Part shown: in pieces, positions 10,500 through 22,000 of the stretch | Layout of the letters: each line of letters starts with the position of its first letter | How positions within the stretch are numbered: the first letter of the stretch is position 1 | Assembly (NCBI GenBank): GCA_021780615.1 | Contig: JAJXYJ010000021.1 | Span: 3,819 to 67,818 of the forward strand | Direction: 5' to 3' | Source: a bacterium | GTDB taxonomy: Bacteria; Patescibacteriota; Minisyncoccia; UBA6257; JAGOQP01 | Length of the DNA: 64,000 nt | The notes under the pieces: model-generated | The model's database searches: none | What the model was told of the DNA's origin: nothing | The model's input: the letters and a program-made list of their open reading frames with translations, nothing else | Translations under genes and position numbers: made by a program

Positions 10500-10991
10500 C
10501 TATAGCACTTTTTTTATTTCAAATGCCGCAATGCCGAATGCCACTGATACATTGAGGGATTCTTTGGTGCCATACATGGGAATGTCTAGAATCGTATCCG
10601 ATACAGCGAGGATTTCTTTGGGAATGCCGTCCACTTCGTTGCCCACCATGAAAGCGACGGGCTTTTGTGCGGGGTGATATGATGTGTAGGGGATTGAGTT
10701 TGTATCCTGTTCTACGGCTACGATTTCATGGCCGTCTTTTTTAAGCCGTTGCATGAGAGCGAGGGTTTTTTCTTGTGCGTCGTGTATGGTACTCCCCACC
10801 TTTTCCCATGGCACGGAATCTTCGGCTCCAAGCGACGCTTTAATAAAATCTTTTCGCTTTTGCTTGAAGCGGTCCAAGGGGGTTGGAGTAATGCCACAGA
10901 GGTAGAGTTTTTTAATGCCAGCCGCATCAGCGGTGCGGAATATGGAACCTACGTTATGCACGCTACGGATATTATAGAGAATAGCAATCAT
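10500..10991 (-). CDS. TrmH/SpoU family RNA methyltransferase
   Basis: NIRSVHNVGSIFRTADA, GNEVDG, IPMYGTKESLNVSVA; start reassigned to MIAIL. Confidence 0.93.
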   Translation of the reverse strand: MIAILYNIRSVHNVGSIFRTADAAGIKKLYLCGITPTPLDRFKQKRKDFIKASLGAEDSVPWEKVGSTIHDAQEKTLALMQRLKKDGHEIVAVEQDTNSIPYTSYHPAQKPVAFMVGNEVDGIPKEILAVSDTILDIPMYGTKESLNVSVAFGIAAFEIKKVL

Positions 10992-11055
10992 TGTTCCATC
11001 ATAGCTATTTTTATATAAAAAAGAAGCCCCGCGTACGCGGGGCAAATCAAAAATC

Positions 11056-11262
11056 TTATATTTTTTCTTTTGCGTCTTCTTCCATAACTTTTTTTGTATG
11101 GATAGAAAGCATCTTATCAATCGCTTCTTTCTCGGTCATGGACGCGAGTTCTTCGGGAGAAAAAAAGTTTTCAAGTTTTAATTCTTCTCCGCCAAGCTCA
11201 TTTTTTATTGCTTCTCCTACTTCGTCCTTAGGAGCTTCTTTTGATTTTGAAAAATTAAACAT
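11056..11262 (-). CDS. Small acidic hypothetical protein
   Basis: 68-aa ORF MFNFSKSKEAPKDE downstream of recA. Confidence 0.5.
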   Translation of the reverse strand: MFNFSKSKEAPKDEVGEAIKNELGGEELKLENFFSPEELASMTEKEAIDKMLSIHTKKVMEEDAKEKI

Positions 11263-11341
11263 AGGTATTCCTTTTATATTAATAAATAAAATTTCTTTCT
11301 TTCTTATACTACAGATACAATCATATGGCAAACGAATCGTT

Positions 11342-12355
11342 TTACAAAGTTTTGGCAAGATCCTTCACCTTTTTTTCTACGGCACTCATAATCTTTTTAT
11401 CTTCTTCAAGTTTCTGGCGTGTGGCATCCATGCCGACGCCCAGTTTCTCACCCTCAAATGAAAAAGTATTGCCGGACTTGGTGACGACTCCTAGACGAAG
11501 GGCAACGTTAATAATGTCCTGTGCATAGGAAATACCTTGTCCATAGAGAATATCAAACTCTGTCACTTTAAAAGGTGGAGCAACTTTGTTTTTAACGATC
11601 TTCACCTTTGTACGATTGCCGATAACTTCTTCCCCCTTTTTAATTTGCGCAATGCGGCGGATATCAATGCGGACTGAGGCGTAGAATTTGAGTGCGCGCC
11701 CTCCTGAGGTTGTCTCCGGATTGCCCCAGGTCATACCACCGATTTGTGACCGAATTTGGTTGATGAAAATAATAATGGAGTTTGTTTTGGAGGCAATGGA
11801 GGTGACTTTTCTAAGTGCTTGGGACATAAGACGTGCCTGCAGGCCAATTTGCTGGTCGCCAATCTCACCTTCAATTTCGGCCCGCGGCGTGAGTGCGGCT
11901 ACGGAATCAACGACAACAATGGAGATGAGTCCTGAGCGAATGAGGTTTTCCAAAATCTGCAATGCTTCTTCGCCACTGTCAGGCTGGGAAATGAGCAGTT
12001 CGGAAATATTAACGCCGATGCGTTTTGCGTATTCGGGATCCAACGCGTGTTCCGCGTCAATAAACGCGCATCTGCCACCTCGCTTTTGAGATTGCGCGAT
12101 GACCGAGAGAGCAAGTGTTGTTTTTCCTGACATTTCGGGGCCAAATATTTCAATAATTCTTCCTTTGGGAAGACCGCCGACGCCCAATGCTACATCAAGG
12201 GAAAATGATCCGGTGGGGATGGTTTCCACCTGCATAGCTTTCCGATCGCCGAGTTTCATGATAGACCCTTCGCCAAATTTACTTTGGAGGGCCTCGATGA
12301 GGTTATCCAAATCTCCTTGGGTGTTTTTTTCTGCTGATGCTGGTGTTTTTTTCAT
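11342..12355 (-). CDS. recA: Recombinase A
   Basis: [39 protein letters not shown]. Confidence 0.99.
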   Translation of the reverse strand: MKKTPASAEKNTQGDLDNLIEALQSKFGEGSIMKLGDRKAMQVETIPTGSFSLDVALGVGGLPKGRIIEIFGPEMSGKTTLALSVIAQSQKRGGRCAFIDAEHALDPEYAKRIGVNISELLISQPDSGEEALQILENLIRSGLISIVVVDSVAALTPRAEIEGEIGDQQIGLQARLMSQALRKVTSIASKTNSIIIFINQIRSQIGGMTWGNPETTSGGRALKFYASVRIDIRRIAQIKKGEEVIGNRTKVKIVKNKVAPPFKVTEFDILYGQGISYAQDIINVALRLGVVTKSGNTFSFEGEKLGVGMDATRQKLEEDKKIMSAVEKKVKDLAKTL

Positions 12356-12449
12356 AGTGAAGGATGTTTAGTGGATTCATTGTACTATGTTTGATGGTCA
12401 AAAAACAGACCTCCATGGTCTGTAGGGGCATAACTCCATCCACGACGAT

Positions 12450-13196
12450 TTAATGAGAGGGAGTGCTTGAGCTTGTAACTGAGGAGGTTGCAGGGGACTG
12501 AGTTGCGCCATGAGAGGAGCTTGTTGCGTGTGGTTGTGTATCGGGGACAGTCGCCGATGAAGTGGCGTTGAAAAAGATAGTCCTATCCATTTGCGAAGTG
12601 CCTCCCAAAAAGCGTTTGGCGGTAATGGCAAAACTATTTGCCCCCGGATCAAGTACTTGCTGAGTTTGGAAGTGGCCATCGGCAGTGACTGGTAATTCGG
12701 TGCCGTTAATAAATACTCGATCGTTGGGATTTTCTAATTTTCCTTGGATGGTGTACTCCGATGAGGCCACGATAGTTGTGTTTTGAGAGGGCTGAATAAT
12801 ATCAAGTGTTGGTTTGCCAAAAAAGTTGGTAATAACGGGAACCAAGATAATAAGCACAATGACACCGGCAAGAATCCAAAGGGTCAGTGCTTTGCGAATG
12901 GGGCGAGCGGCAAAACGGTTTCCCGGCAATTCATCTCTGTCACCGGATCGCTTCATGTCAGTTTCTTTAGCGTAGTAGCGCCACAGTACGGTAAAATCAA
13001 TTCCCAATACTTCTGCTATTTTTTCCAAATAACCCCGCACATAAGGAGCGGCGGGAAGTTGGTCAAGGTTACTATCAACGAGCGCCTGTACATACATAGG
13101 GGCAATGCCGGTCGCCTCGGCAATTTTGGCAACCGTCATGTTTTTTGAGCGCATTTCTTCCTTGAGTATTTCTTTGAGGGATTTCAGTTCGGGCAT
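12450..13196 (-). CDS. RodZ-like HTH membrane protein with Ig-like domain
   Basis: N-terminal HTH (LPAAPYVRGYL), single TM, beta-rich domain, S/T tail; next to ftsK. Confidence 0.8.
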   Translation of the reverse strand: MPELKSLKEILKEEMRSKNMTVAKIAEATGIAPMYVQALVDSNLDQLPAAPYVRGYLEKIAEVLGIDFTVLWRYYAKETDMKRSGDRDELPGNRFAARPIRKALTLWILAGVIVLIILVPVITNFFGKPTLDIIQPSQNTTIVASSEYTIQGKLENPNDRVFINGTELPVTADGHFQTQQVLDPGANSFAITAKRFLGGTSQMDRTIFFNATSSATVPDTQPHATSSSHGATQSPATSSVTSSSTPSH

Positions 13197-13333
13197 AAAT
13201 TACACGGACAGTATAGCGGTAAAATAAGGGTTTTTCAATGGAAAGGAAGGTTTCCGATTCCCGACATCGTAAGAACACAAATAAGTAATATAGTAAATAT
13301 TTTTTAATATACTATATCAAAAAAGGTATTACA

Positions 13334-15505
13334 TTATTCGCTATCCTTTGCTATATACACTTCTCTGGGCTTGGCGCCATCACCAGGGCCGATAAGGCCT
13401 TTGTTTTCCATGAGGTCCAGTAACCGCGCGGCACGAGCATAGCCAACTTTGAGACGGCGCTGGAGTAATGAGGCTGATGCCTTTTGAGCTTCTTTAATGA
13501 CAACAATCGCCTCATCGAGCATATCATCTTCATCTTCGGTGTCTTCAAAGGTGTCAAAGGGGTTTTTACCTCGTTCACTTTCGCGATTAACTTCTTCGTG
13601 TTCTTCTCCGTGTTCAAACGACACACCATCATCGGTATCAATGGATAGGTCCTGATTATTTTCTTTGATGTAGTCGGTCACTGCTTTTATTTCTTCTTCG
13701 GAAATAAAACATCCTTGAATACGTTTTGGTTTAGAAAGTTGCGCGGAGACGTAGAGTAAATCGCCACCGCCTAATAACTTTTCTGCTCCAGCGGTATCTA
13801 GTATAGTGCGGGAATCTATTTGGCTTGCTACCTGCAGAGCGACGCGGGAAGTGATGTTTGCCTTAATGAGTCCGGTAATAACTTCCACTGATGGTCGCTG
13901 CGTAGAAAGGATGAGGTGGATACCCGTGGCACGAGCCATCTGCGCCAAACGCACGATTGCATTTTCAATGTCGCGTCCATAGGCCGCCATTAAATCTGCC
14001 ATTTCATCAACAACAATGACGATATAGGGCATCAGTTCGTCAGTGTGTTTTTTATTGTAGCTTTGAATATCGCGAGCGCCAGCCTTAAGAAGCGTTTCAT
14101 AACGCTGATCCATTTCATTAATTGCCCAACGGAATACGCCCAGTGCCTTTTTACCCTGGGTGACCACGGGGGCAATGAGGTGGGGGAGGCCGTTGTATGA
14201 AGAAAGTTCAACGCGCTTAGGGTCGATGAGAATAAAGCGTAATGTTTCGGGAGAATTTTTATAGAGCAGTGAAATAAGTACTGAGTGGAGCGTGATGGAT
14301 TTTCCCGAACCAGTAGCTCCCGCAATGAGCATATGCGGCATTTTTTCAATGTTGGTAAAAATCGGTTCACCGGTCACATCGCGTCCCAAACAGAATCCCA
14401 ATTGTCCTGAGGCGACAAAGTCGGGGTAGGAAATAAGATTGCCCAGACGGACAATGGCGGCTGTTTTATTGGGAACTTCAATACCGACATAGGGCTTTCC
14501 CGGAATAGGAGCTTCGATGCGGATAGGATGTGCCGAAAGCGCCAGCGCAAGGTCCGGGTTTAGAGCGGTAATGCGGGACAGCTTGATTCCTTCGGCGGGA
14601 CGAAGAGTAAAGCGCGTTACTTTAGGGCCAATACTTATTTCTCCCATTTCAACAGGAATACCAAATCCTTCCAGAGTGCGTTTGATAATGTTGGCATTGG
14701 CGTGCAGATCGCCTGCGGAAGGTTTCTCAAGAGCAGTTTTTAAAAGATTGAGTGGGGGAGCTTTGTAGTCGGTGAATTTTTTGACGGGTAATGCTGATTT
14801 TTTTAATGATAGAGAAAACCCTTTTGATGTTTCTTGTATTTTTTCATCAATGTCTTCATCCGCTTTTGTATTTGTTTCGTCTTTCTCTTTATTTTTTTCC
14901 TGATGATCTGCGTCTGCGGTGACATTGGTGTACTGCTCTACGGTGGGAGAGGTGGTGAGTGCAAGATCTGCATTGTCGGTATCCTTTGGGCGGCGCTTGA
15001 TACGGATAGGGTGATCAAAGACGACGATGATGCCGATTGCAGCGGCGACTGCAAGGAGTATGCCGGCTGCCAATGGACCAATCCAGTTTTCTATATAGCC
15101 AATACTGCTTCCCAACATGCCTCCGGCATGGTTAGAAAGTACGTCAATCATACCAAGGCCCGCAAAAAAGAAGAGGAGTGATCCCCATAGGAGGGGCGCG
15201 TAGAGGGTGCGGTCTTCTTTGTGGACGAGGAAGTTATATCCTACTGCAAAGAAGGTGAGGGGAAGTAAGATGTACCCCAATCCGAACAATTGCCAAAGAG
15301 CTGAAAAAATATTTTCACCAACAATACCTGCTTGGTGTAGACCAGCAAGAATCAGTAAGATGCCACACACAAATGAGAGGAGTCCCCAGATGCTGTGAAT
15401 GGTTTCTTGTCCTAATTTCTTTGGTGTGATAAATGACGAATCCTTTGGTGCCACCGATTCTTTTTTCTTCGCGGTGCGCTGTTGGGTAGTGCGTGTACGA
15501 GACAT
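13334..15505 (-). CDS. ftsK: DNA translocase FtsK
   Basis: N-terminal TMs, RIEAPIPGK, GATGSGKS, DEMADLM, gamma domain LQRRLKVGYARAARL. Confidence 0.97.
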   Translation of the reverse strand: MSRTRTTQQRTAKKKESVAPKDSSFITPKKLGQETIHSIWGLLSFVCGILLILAGLHQAGIVGENIFSALWQLFGLGYILLPLTFFAVGYNFLVHKEDRTLYAPLLWGSLLFFFAGLGMIDVLSNHAGGMLGSSIGYIENWIGPLAAGILLAVAAAIGIIVVFDHPIRIKRRPKDTDNADLALTTSPTVEQYTNVTADADHQEKNKEKDETNTKADEDIDEKIQETSKGFSLSLKKSALPVKKFTDYKAPPLNLLKTALEKPSAGDLHANANIIKRTLEGFGIPVEMGEISIGPKVTRFTLRPAEGIKLSRITALNPDLALALSAHPIRIEAPIPGKPYVGIEVPNKTAAIVRLGNLISYPDFVASGQLGFCLGRDVTGEPIFTNIEKMPHMLIAGATGSGKSITLHSVLISLLYKNSPETLRFILIDPKRVELSSYNGLPHLIAPVVTQGKKALGVFRWAINEMDQRYETLLKAGARDIQSYNKKHTDELMPYIVIVVDEMADLMAAYGRDIENAIVRLAQMARATGIHLILSTQRPSVEVITGLIKANITSRVALQVASQIDSRTILDTAGAEKLLGGGDLLYVSAQLSKPKRIQGCFISEEEIKAVTDYIKENNQDLSIDTDDGVSFEHGEEHEEVNRESERGKNPFDTFEDTEDEDDMLDEAIVVIKEAQKASASLLQRRLKVGYARAARLLDLMENKGLIGPGDGAKPREVYIAKDSE

Positions 15506-15628
15506 ATGCCTTATTAAACACGAAATACGCCAAAAATTCAATACAATTCAACACAAAATACGTGTTTATGATGTGCGCCCATGATTTATTTTGACACGTG
15601 TTGGTACGAGTGGTATCGTGTGGATACC

Positions 15629-16120
15629 ATGATGCATGATGTAGAAAATTATTTTCATACGGGTGCCGGTGCGCGTATCAATTCGGCTGATGTTATTCAT
15701 ACGATACGAACCTTTATGCATGAGCGGCCTGAATCACCATATAAAATTATTATCGGTACTGATTCGTTGGGCGTCAATGATTCGTATACGGATTTTGTAA
15801 CGGCAATCGTGGTACAGCGTGTTGGCAATGGGGGAAAATATTTTTGGAAGCGTTTGGCGCGTCAAAATGTGTATGGTCTGCGCGACCGCATTATTAAGGA
15901 GGTGATGCTGACTTTGGAAACAGCAACGGACGTACTGGAACTTTTAAAAGCGCATCCGGAATTGACGTTTGATTTTGAGGTTCATGTAGATGTGGGGATG
16001 CAGGGTAAAACAAGTGCGCTCATTTCGGAAGTTACCGGTATGATTCGCGGATACAATTTTCCATTCAAGACAAAACCGGAAAGCTATGCGGCCAGTAACA
16101 TTGCGGATAAGCATGTGTAG
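15629..16120 (+). CDS. RNase H-like YkuK (DUF458) family protein
   Basis: IIGTDS, EVHVDVG, KPESYAASNIAD. Confidence 0.8.
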   Translation: MMHDVENYFHTGAGARINSADVIHTIRTFMHERPESPYKIIIGTDSLGVNDSYTDFVTAIVVQRVGNGGKYFWKRLARQNVYGLRDRIIKEVMLTLETATDVLELLKAHPELTFDFEVHVDVGMQGKTSALISEVTGMIRGYNFPFKTKPESYAASNIADKHV

Positions 16121-16129
16121 CACCAGGCG

Positions 16130-16195
16130 CAATTTTCAATTTACAATTTTCAATTTACAATCAATTTTTAATTATTTAATTTTTTTAGAATTAAT
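16130..16195. repeat. AT-rich heptamer tract (left arm type)
   Basis: AATTTTC AATTTAC AATTTTC AATTTAC AATCAATTT. Confidence 0.7.
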
Positions 16196-16288
16196 CGAAA
16201 GAGGAAGGTGTGTGCCAAAGGGTGAGGAACTAAAAAACAAAAATTATTCTTCCTTACTACATACTACCAGCCCCTTACTACTGCTGTC

Positions 16289-16852
16289 ATGAAGGACACT
16301 ATTGTTATAGACATAGAAACAAAAAATACATTTGCTGATGTGGGGCGGGATAACTTTGCTGGCCTGCAGATTTCGCTGGTGGGGACGTATTCATATAATA
16401 AGAATGAATACATTGCATACGACGAACATGAACTTGATGCATTGGGCGAGGTACTAAAAAATACAGATTTACTCATCGGATTTTCCATTACCCGTTTCGA
16501 TTTGCCGGTTATGGCAAAGCACTACAATTTCGATCTCTTTACTATCCCGCGCATTGATCTCCTCGATGAGATAGAGTTAATGATCGGCAAACGCATTAGT
16601 TTGGACTTGTTGGCAAAACAAAATTTGGGATACGGAAAAAACGGTGAAGGAAGCGAAGCTCCTAATTTGTATGAGGAAGGAAGAATGGAAGAGCTTAAAA
16701 AGTATTGCTTAAACGACGTGAAGGTAACCAAAGAACTCTACGATTTGGCAAAAAAACAGGGTCATTTGATGGTGCCACAGCGCAATAGTCCTCAACCTAT
16801 CCGCGCTGAGTTTGATTGGACAGAACGATTATTGTATCAGCGATTGTTCTAG
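16289..16852 (+). CDS. RNase H-like/DEDD exonuclease (YprB-like)
   Basis: DIET, GFSITRFDLP, YCLNDV. Confidence 0.85.
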   Translation: MKDTIVIDIETKNTFADVGRDNFAGLQISLVGTYSYNKNEYIAYDEHELDALGEVLKNTDLLIGFSITRFDLPVMAKHYNFDLFTIPRIDLLDEIELMIGKRISLDLLAKQNLGYGKNGEGSEAPNLYEEGRMEELKKYCLNDVKVTKELYDLAKKQGHLMVPQRNSPQPIRAEFDWTERLLYQRLF

Positions 16853-16945
16853 GAGTGCTCATATTTTTTTATCACAACAACACAACGACATCTTTCAAGG
16901 ATGTTGTTGTGTTATATATGCGAATAGTATATGATTTGAAAAAAT

Positions 16946-19064
16946 ATGGCATTGCGACATACCCTAGAAGTTGTAAAAAATGAGGCCCTCAAGCAGGCCA
17001 AAGAAAAAAAGAAAGAGGAAGAAGAGGAGGGTCTTAAGGCAACGAATGAAAATCTCTTAAAGGCGCGCAACAAAAAAGAAGCGGTATCTGGGATTTTGGC
17101 TGACATGGAGGAAAAGTATGATGCCGCCCAAAAGTCGCTTGAGGCATACAAAAAAAGTAAGCAGGACATTCAAAAAATATTTGAAGAATATGGTGATACC
17201 CTCAAGGATTTGGGAATAACCGCTCCGGAAGGATTGCTTACTCATAAAGAATTGCAAAACGAAGAAGATGTCATTGCATATGCCACGGCGCGCCAAAGTT
17301 TGAAAGAAAAAATAACCGAGTTGCACGGGGCAAAGCAATCGGTTCGTACGGTGGTGCCTGATGCTCATTTTGGCGGGCGTAAGGAAAAAGATGCACGGGT
17401 TTCCAAAAGGGAAAAAACAAAAACTGCATTAAAAGAAAAGATAAAAGAGGCGGATGCGCAAGAGCAGGAACTATACAAGCAAACACCAGAAGGGAAAACG
17501 GCAGAGGAGCAGCGCGCGCGTGAAGCTATCGCTGATCTTGTAGAAAAAGCCGGGTATCGTCGGGAAGTAAAAAATACCGAAGATATAAAAGATATTTCAA
17601 AATTCATTTTTGATACAGAAAAAGGATCCCAGGTATGCAAAGAATTTGGAAAAGATTTCGCGCTACAGACACTCAATGCGTATCTGCATGAAAAAATTGA
17701 TAGTACCATCCACTCACGAATGGAGGCTGAATATTTGAATGATAACCTACTCAAGTCCATAGAGGTGATACGCAATGCCGATTCATACTATGATGAGGTG
17801 CAAAAAAAGTTAGGAAAGCTTCAAAAAGATAAGCAATTATTGGAACAAGAACTCAAGGAGTATCTTGCGGCACATGGGGCGGATTTGAATGAACTTAACG
17901 GCGGTGGGTGGACGAGCATACCTTCTATCGTGTACTCATTATATGGCTATAAAAAATGGGATGAGGAATTATCTTCAAGATTATTTGAATCTCAGAAAAC
18001 GCTAAAACAAATTAAAGAAGGTTCGTATAAATATAGGGGCACCATCACGTACGATGAACAAGAAGAATGTATCGCAGAAATTGAGATGGTGGAAAGAGTG
18101 CATGAAGGCGTACGGCAATTGCTCCATGAAGGAGTGTTGGCAAAAACACTAACACAGAAAGAATTGCGGAAAAAGTTTTGGGGCGATCTAGACATTGCAT
18201 CGTTTTCCCACGTCTCTTACGGTGTCATACCGGAAGTTTTAAAAGACAGCTTTGAATCTCGTGCCGCACGTATTGAAAAGAGGGTGCGTGAATATGATAT
18301 GCAAGAGGGCCGTTTGCATGATTTTGCCGACAAAACAATGCATGTTAAAGCCGTAGAGCAGAAGGGTGATGTTATGCGCAAAGATCTTGGCTTGAAATCA
18401 TATTCCTTGGAAGGCTATGTAGAGGGAAAAGAAAGAGATAAAACTTCTATTGAAGAAATGATACATGATATGCAAGTAGAGGGAGCAGATATACGCATGC
18501 ATATGCCCTCCACTATTGATATGCATGAGATAAAAATAGAACCAGGGGGGATCTGTGGATATGGGTATATACGAAAAGAACCGTATGGAGTCTCAAAAAG
18601 AAGGTGATCAGATCAGAAGACAACTTGAAAAATTAGAGCAAGACCTTGCACACGAAGAGCAACACAAGCCCGGATTCATTTCTTTAAGAAAGAAAGAGCA
18701 TGAGCAGCGTGTAGAGCATATAAAAGAAGAAATTGCCTTGTTGCAAAAAAAGAAGGAAGAGACGCACAATACATGGCGTGAATATAATCAAATCACCGAT
18801 GAAATTTGGAAGCGCACACGGAATATTTCGCGTCTTGTTTCTTTGGCAAAAGATTATGCAAAGTTGGAAGAGAAAAAGTCATTACATGAATTTATAGCGG
18901 ACCTTTCTGCCGCCTTAGAGAAGGCAATGGCATCTGTTCCGGTAGAAGTACAGCAATTAGTAAATGATATAAAATCAGCGCACAAGGATATGGATGCCGC
19001 AGAGCGTGGTTGTGCTATGGGAGAAAAGGTCTTGGAAAAAGAAAAACTTGATTTTATGCGCTAA
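16946..19064 (+). pseudogene. Large coiled-coil hypothetical protein split by a frameshift at a G6 run
   Basis: ORFs 16946-18607 and 18555-19064 join into 705 aa if G6 at 18545-18550 is read as G5. Confidence 0.65.
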
Positions 19065-19132
19065 TTTTAACTGGATCGAATAATTGTTATATTGGTTATT
19101 GTTTTAAGAGTATGAGTGAGTTTACATAGACC

Positions 19133-19167
19133 ATCAAAAATCCTCGGTATATCCGAGGATTTTTGAT
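19133..19167. terminator. Intrinsic terminator
   Basis: Perfect 15-bp stem ATCAAAAATCCTCGG-TATAT-CCGAGGATTTTTGAT. Confidence 0.75.
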
Positions 19168-19290
19168 ATCATTTTTTTGTTCGTTATTATGCCTCCCTTT
19201 ACTCCTTAATACTTAATACTATATACAAATATATAAAAATATGTTCTTATGATTTCGTAAATCGTAAGGGGATCTTATATACTTATTTTT

Positions 19291-20466
19291 ATGAACCACA
19301 TCTATCTTGATTACGCATCAACGACACCCATTGATCCGCGAGTGATACGAGCGATGGAGCCGTATTACGGCATGCAAAAAAATCTATTTGGCAATCCGAA
19401 TGCTATTCATTTTTTTGGACAGCAAGCGCAGACCGCGCTTGATACTGCCCGTCAAAGTATTGCGCACTACATTGGTGGGACGGCAGATGGGGTGGTATGT
19501 ACCGCATCGGCGACTGAGGCAAATAATTTAGTGTTACGTGGTGCGGTAAAAAAATTTAAGGCGACATCTGGTGGCACGGTACTGCCTCATATCATACTGT
19601 CCGCTATAGAGCATGATTCAATATATGAAACGGCGCGTGATATGGAACGCGAGGGTCTTGTGCGGATATCGCTCATTCCCGTAACATCGGATGGCGTTGT
19701 TGATGTGACTGCTTTGGAAAAAATGGTAGATGCTGCAACGGTGATAGTATCGGTATTATGGGCAAATAATGAAACGGGAGCACTGCAACCACTGGAAGCC
19801 ATAGGCAGACTCGTCCGTGCACAGCAGGAAAAAAACGGGACTATGTTTCCATTTTTTCACACCGATGCGGCACAAGCATTTGGATATATGCCAGTAGACA
19901 CGATGAATGGATTGATTCACGCGATAACTCTTTCAAGTCATAAAATATATGGACCAAAAGGAGTCGGCGTATTGTATGTGCAACATCTTCGTGAGAGGAT
20001 TGCTCCCATACTGACCGGCGGAGGACAGGAATATGGTGTGCGATCGGGGACACAGAATGTAGCCGCTATCATGGGTGCTGTGCGCGCCTGTGAATTAGCG
20101 ATTAGTGTGCGAAATAAAGAAAGTATACGCATCACTGCTTTAAGCAAACAACTAGAAGACGGTATTCGCGCCATAGTACCAGAGGCGCGCGTATGGGCAG
20201 CGGATGCATTGCGGGTGCCCCACATTATTAACGTATGTCTTCCTCATTATCCGGGGATGGATGTGGCGCTGGATATGCGTGGCGTGGCGGTATCTTCGGG
20301 GGCGGCCTGCGCGGCGCGACACATTAAACCGTCTCGTGTTCTTGAGGTAATGGGAGCGTCGCCAGAAGAAATTGCTTGCAGTATTCGTATGAGCATCGGA
20401 ATGTATACGCGTAAAAAAGATATCAGCCAAGCTCTTGAATGCATGGCTACATTAGTGCATGCATAA
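19291..20466 (+). CDS. iscS: Cysteine desulfurase (IscS/NifS family)
   Basis: YLDYASTTP, NNETG, DAAQ, SSHKIYGPKG, SSGAAC. Confidence 0.9.
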   Translation: MNHIYLDYASTTPIDPRVIRAMEPYYGMQKNLFGNPNAIHFFGQQAQTALDTARQSIAHYIGGTADGVVCTASATEANNLVLRGAVKKFKATSGGTVLPHIILSAIEHDSIYETARDMEREGLVRISLIPVTSDGVVDVTALEKMVDAATVIVSVLWANNETGALQPLEAIGRLVRAQQEKNGTMFPFFHTDAAQAFGYMPVDTMNGLIHAITLSSHKIYGPKGVGVLYVQHLRERIAPILTGGGQEYGVRSGTQNVAAIMGAVRACELAISVRNKESIRITALSKQLEDGIRAIVPEARVWAADALRVPHIINVCLPHYPGMDVALDMRGVAVSSGAACAARHIKPSRVLEVMGASPEEIACSIRMSIGMYTRKKDISQALECMATLVHA

Positions 20467-20562
20467 AACGTATAGTATACGGAGCGGAATATGGCGCCAT
20501 TTTTGGTGTAGTAGGGAATACATACCCGCCTTATGCGGGAATATAATAACTGATATACAACC

Positions 20563-21906
20563 ATGTGGTATAAAAAAACATCGCATCTGCAGTCATTGAT
20601 ACAGCACTATAAAAAAACTATTCTTGCTGTGTGTGGTGCGTTAGTCGTCGGTATTTTTGTTGGTCCGATATTTTTTTCCGGATCAGTGGCATACGCGACG
20701 CCGCCATCATCATGGACCGAAGGTATTATAAGAGCGATATTCCCCGAATTTTCTCATAACAGCACATTGTCAGCAGGAAATTCATTCACCTCAAACTCCA
20801 CGACACAACATGAGCCATCCCCTCTGCATATTACCGATAATCATGATCAAGCGGTAATACAGGCGGTCAAAGATGCATCTCCTGCCGTTGTCTCAATTAT
20901 TATCAGTAAAGATCTTCCGGTGATTGAGCAGTGCCCAGGCCAAAATCCTTTTTCAAATCTTCCTCCCGAATTTCAACAGTTTTTTAATGTCGGCGGGGGA
21001 AGTGGTTCATCACAGTTTATGGTGCCGTGCCAGAAGGGAACGAAGTTGCAGGAAGTGGGGGGTGGTTCAGGTTTTATTGTTTCAGCGGATGGATATATCG
21101 TGACTAATAAACATGTGGTAAGTGACACGAAAGCGGAGTATACCGTACTGACTAACGATGGGAAAAAATATCCGGCAAAAGTAATAGCTATTCATCCGAC
21201 CATGGACTTTGCAATTATAAAAATTGAAGGAAGCAATCTTCCAACGGTGCCGTTAGGTGATTCATCGGCAATACAACTCGGACAAACCGCTATTGCCATC
21301 GGTAATGCGCTGGGAGAGTTTCGTAATACGGTGTCAGTGGGAGTAGTGTCGGGATTGGCTCGTACGGTCACCGCTTCATCGGACACCGGTCAATCGGAAA
21401 CGATTGATAATGTGATTCAGACGGATGCGGCGATTAATCCGGGTAATTCTGGTGGGCCGTTATTGGACATTAGTGGTAATGTCATTGGTATTAATACTGC
21501 CATGGTATCAGGGGCGCAAAGCATCGGATTTGCCATTCCCATTAATGTGGTTAAAAATCAAATTGCTGAAGTGCGTCAAACCGGCAAGATTCAGGTGGCA
21601 TATTTGGGGGTGCGGTATGTTATGCTCACTCCAGAGAATGCCGCGACATTTAATCTTACGGCAACATCGGGAGCACTCATTAAAGGCGATGGACAGAATT
21701 TTGCGGTGCAGCAGGGATCCCCGGCAGATAAAGCGGGTCTCAAAGAGGGAGATATTATTACGGCAATTGATGGACAAACACTTGACCTTAACCACTCTCT
21801 TGGGTATGTTATCTCGCAGAAAAATCCCGGAGACGTTATTCATCTCACTATCATCAGAGAAGGAAAACAAATGCAGTTAACAATCACCCTAGGGAAGAAA
21901 TCATAA
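20563..21906 (+). CDS. htrA: HtrA/DegP serine protease with PDZ domain
   Basis: GSGF, TNKHV, QTDAAINPGNSGGPL, one PDZ. Confidence 0.95.
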   Translation: MWYKKTSHLQSLIQHYKKTILAVCGALVVGIFVGPIFFSGSVAYATPPSSWTEGIIRAIFPEFSHNSTLSAGNSFTSNSTTQHEPSPLHITDNHDQAVIQAVKDASPAVVSIIISKDLPVIEQCPGQNPFSNLPPEFQQFFNVGGGSGSSQFMVPCQKGTKLQEVGGGSGFIVSADGYIVTNKHVVSDTKAEYTVLTNDGKKYPAKVIAIHPTMDFAIIKIEGSNLPTVPLGDSSAIQLGQTAIAIGNALGEFRNTVSVGVVSGLARTVTASSDTGQSETIDNVIQTDAAINPGNSGGPLLDISGNVIGINTAMVSGAQSIGFAIPINVVKNQIAEVRQTGKIQVAYLGVRYVMLTPENAATFNLTATSGALIKGDGQNFAVQQGSPADKAGLKEGDIITAIDGQTLDLNHSLGYVISQKNPGDVIHLTIIREGKQMQLTITLGKKS

Positions 21907-22000
21907 TGTCTGCGACACAGTACTGCCTCCATACAGAGAGGCTATCTGTGCTATACTACTATACACGTCCTAAGCCATACCACCGTGGTATGGCACTATA

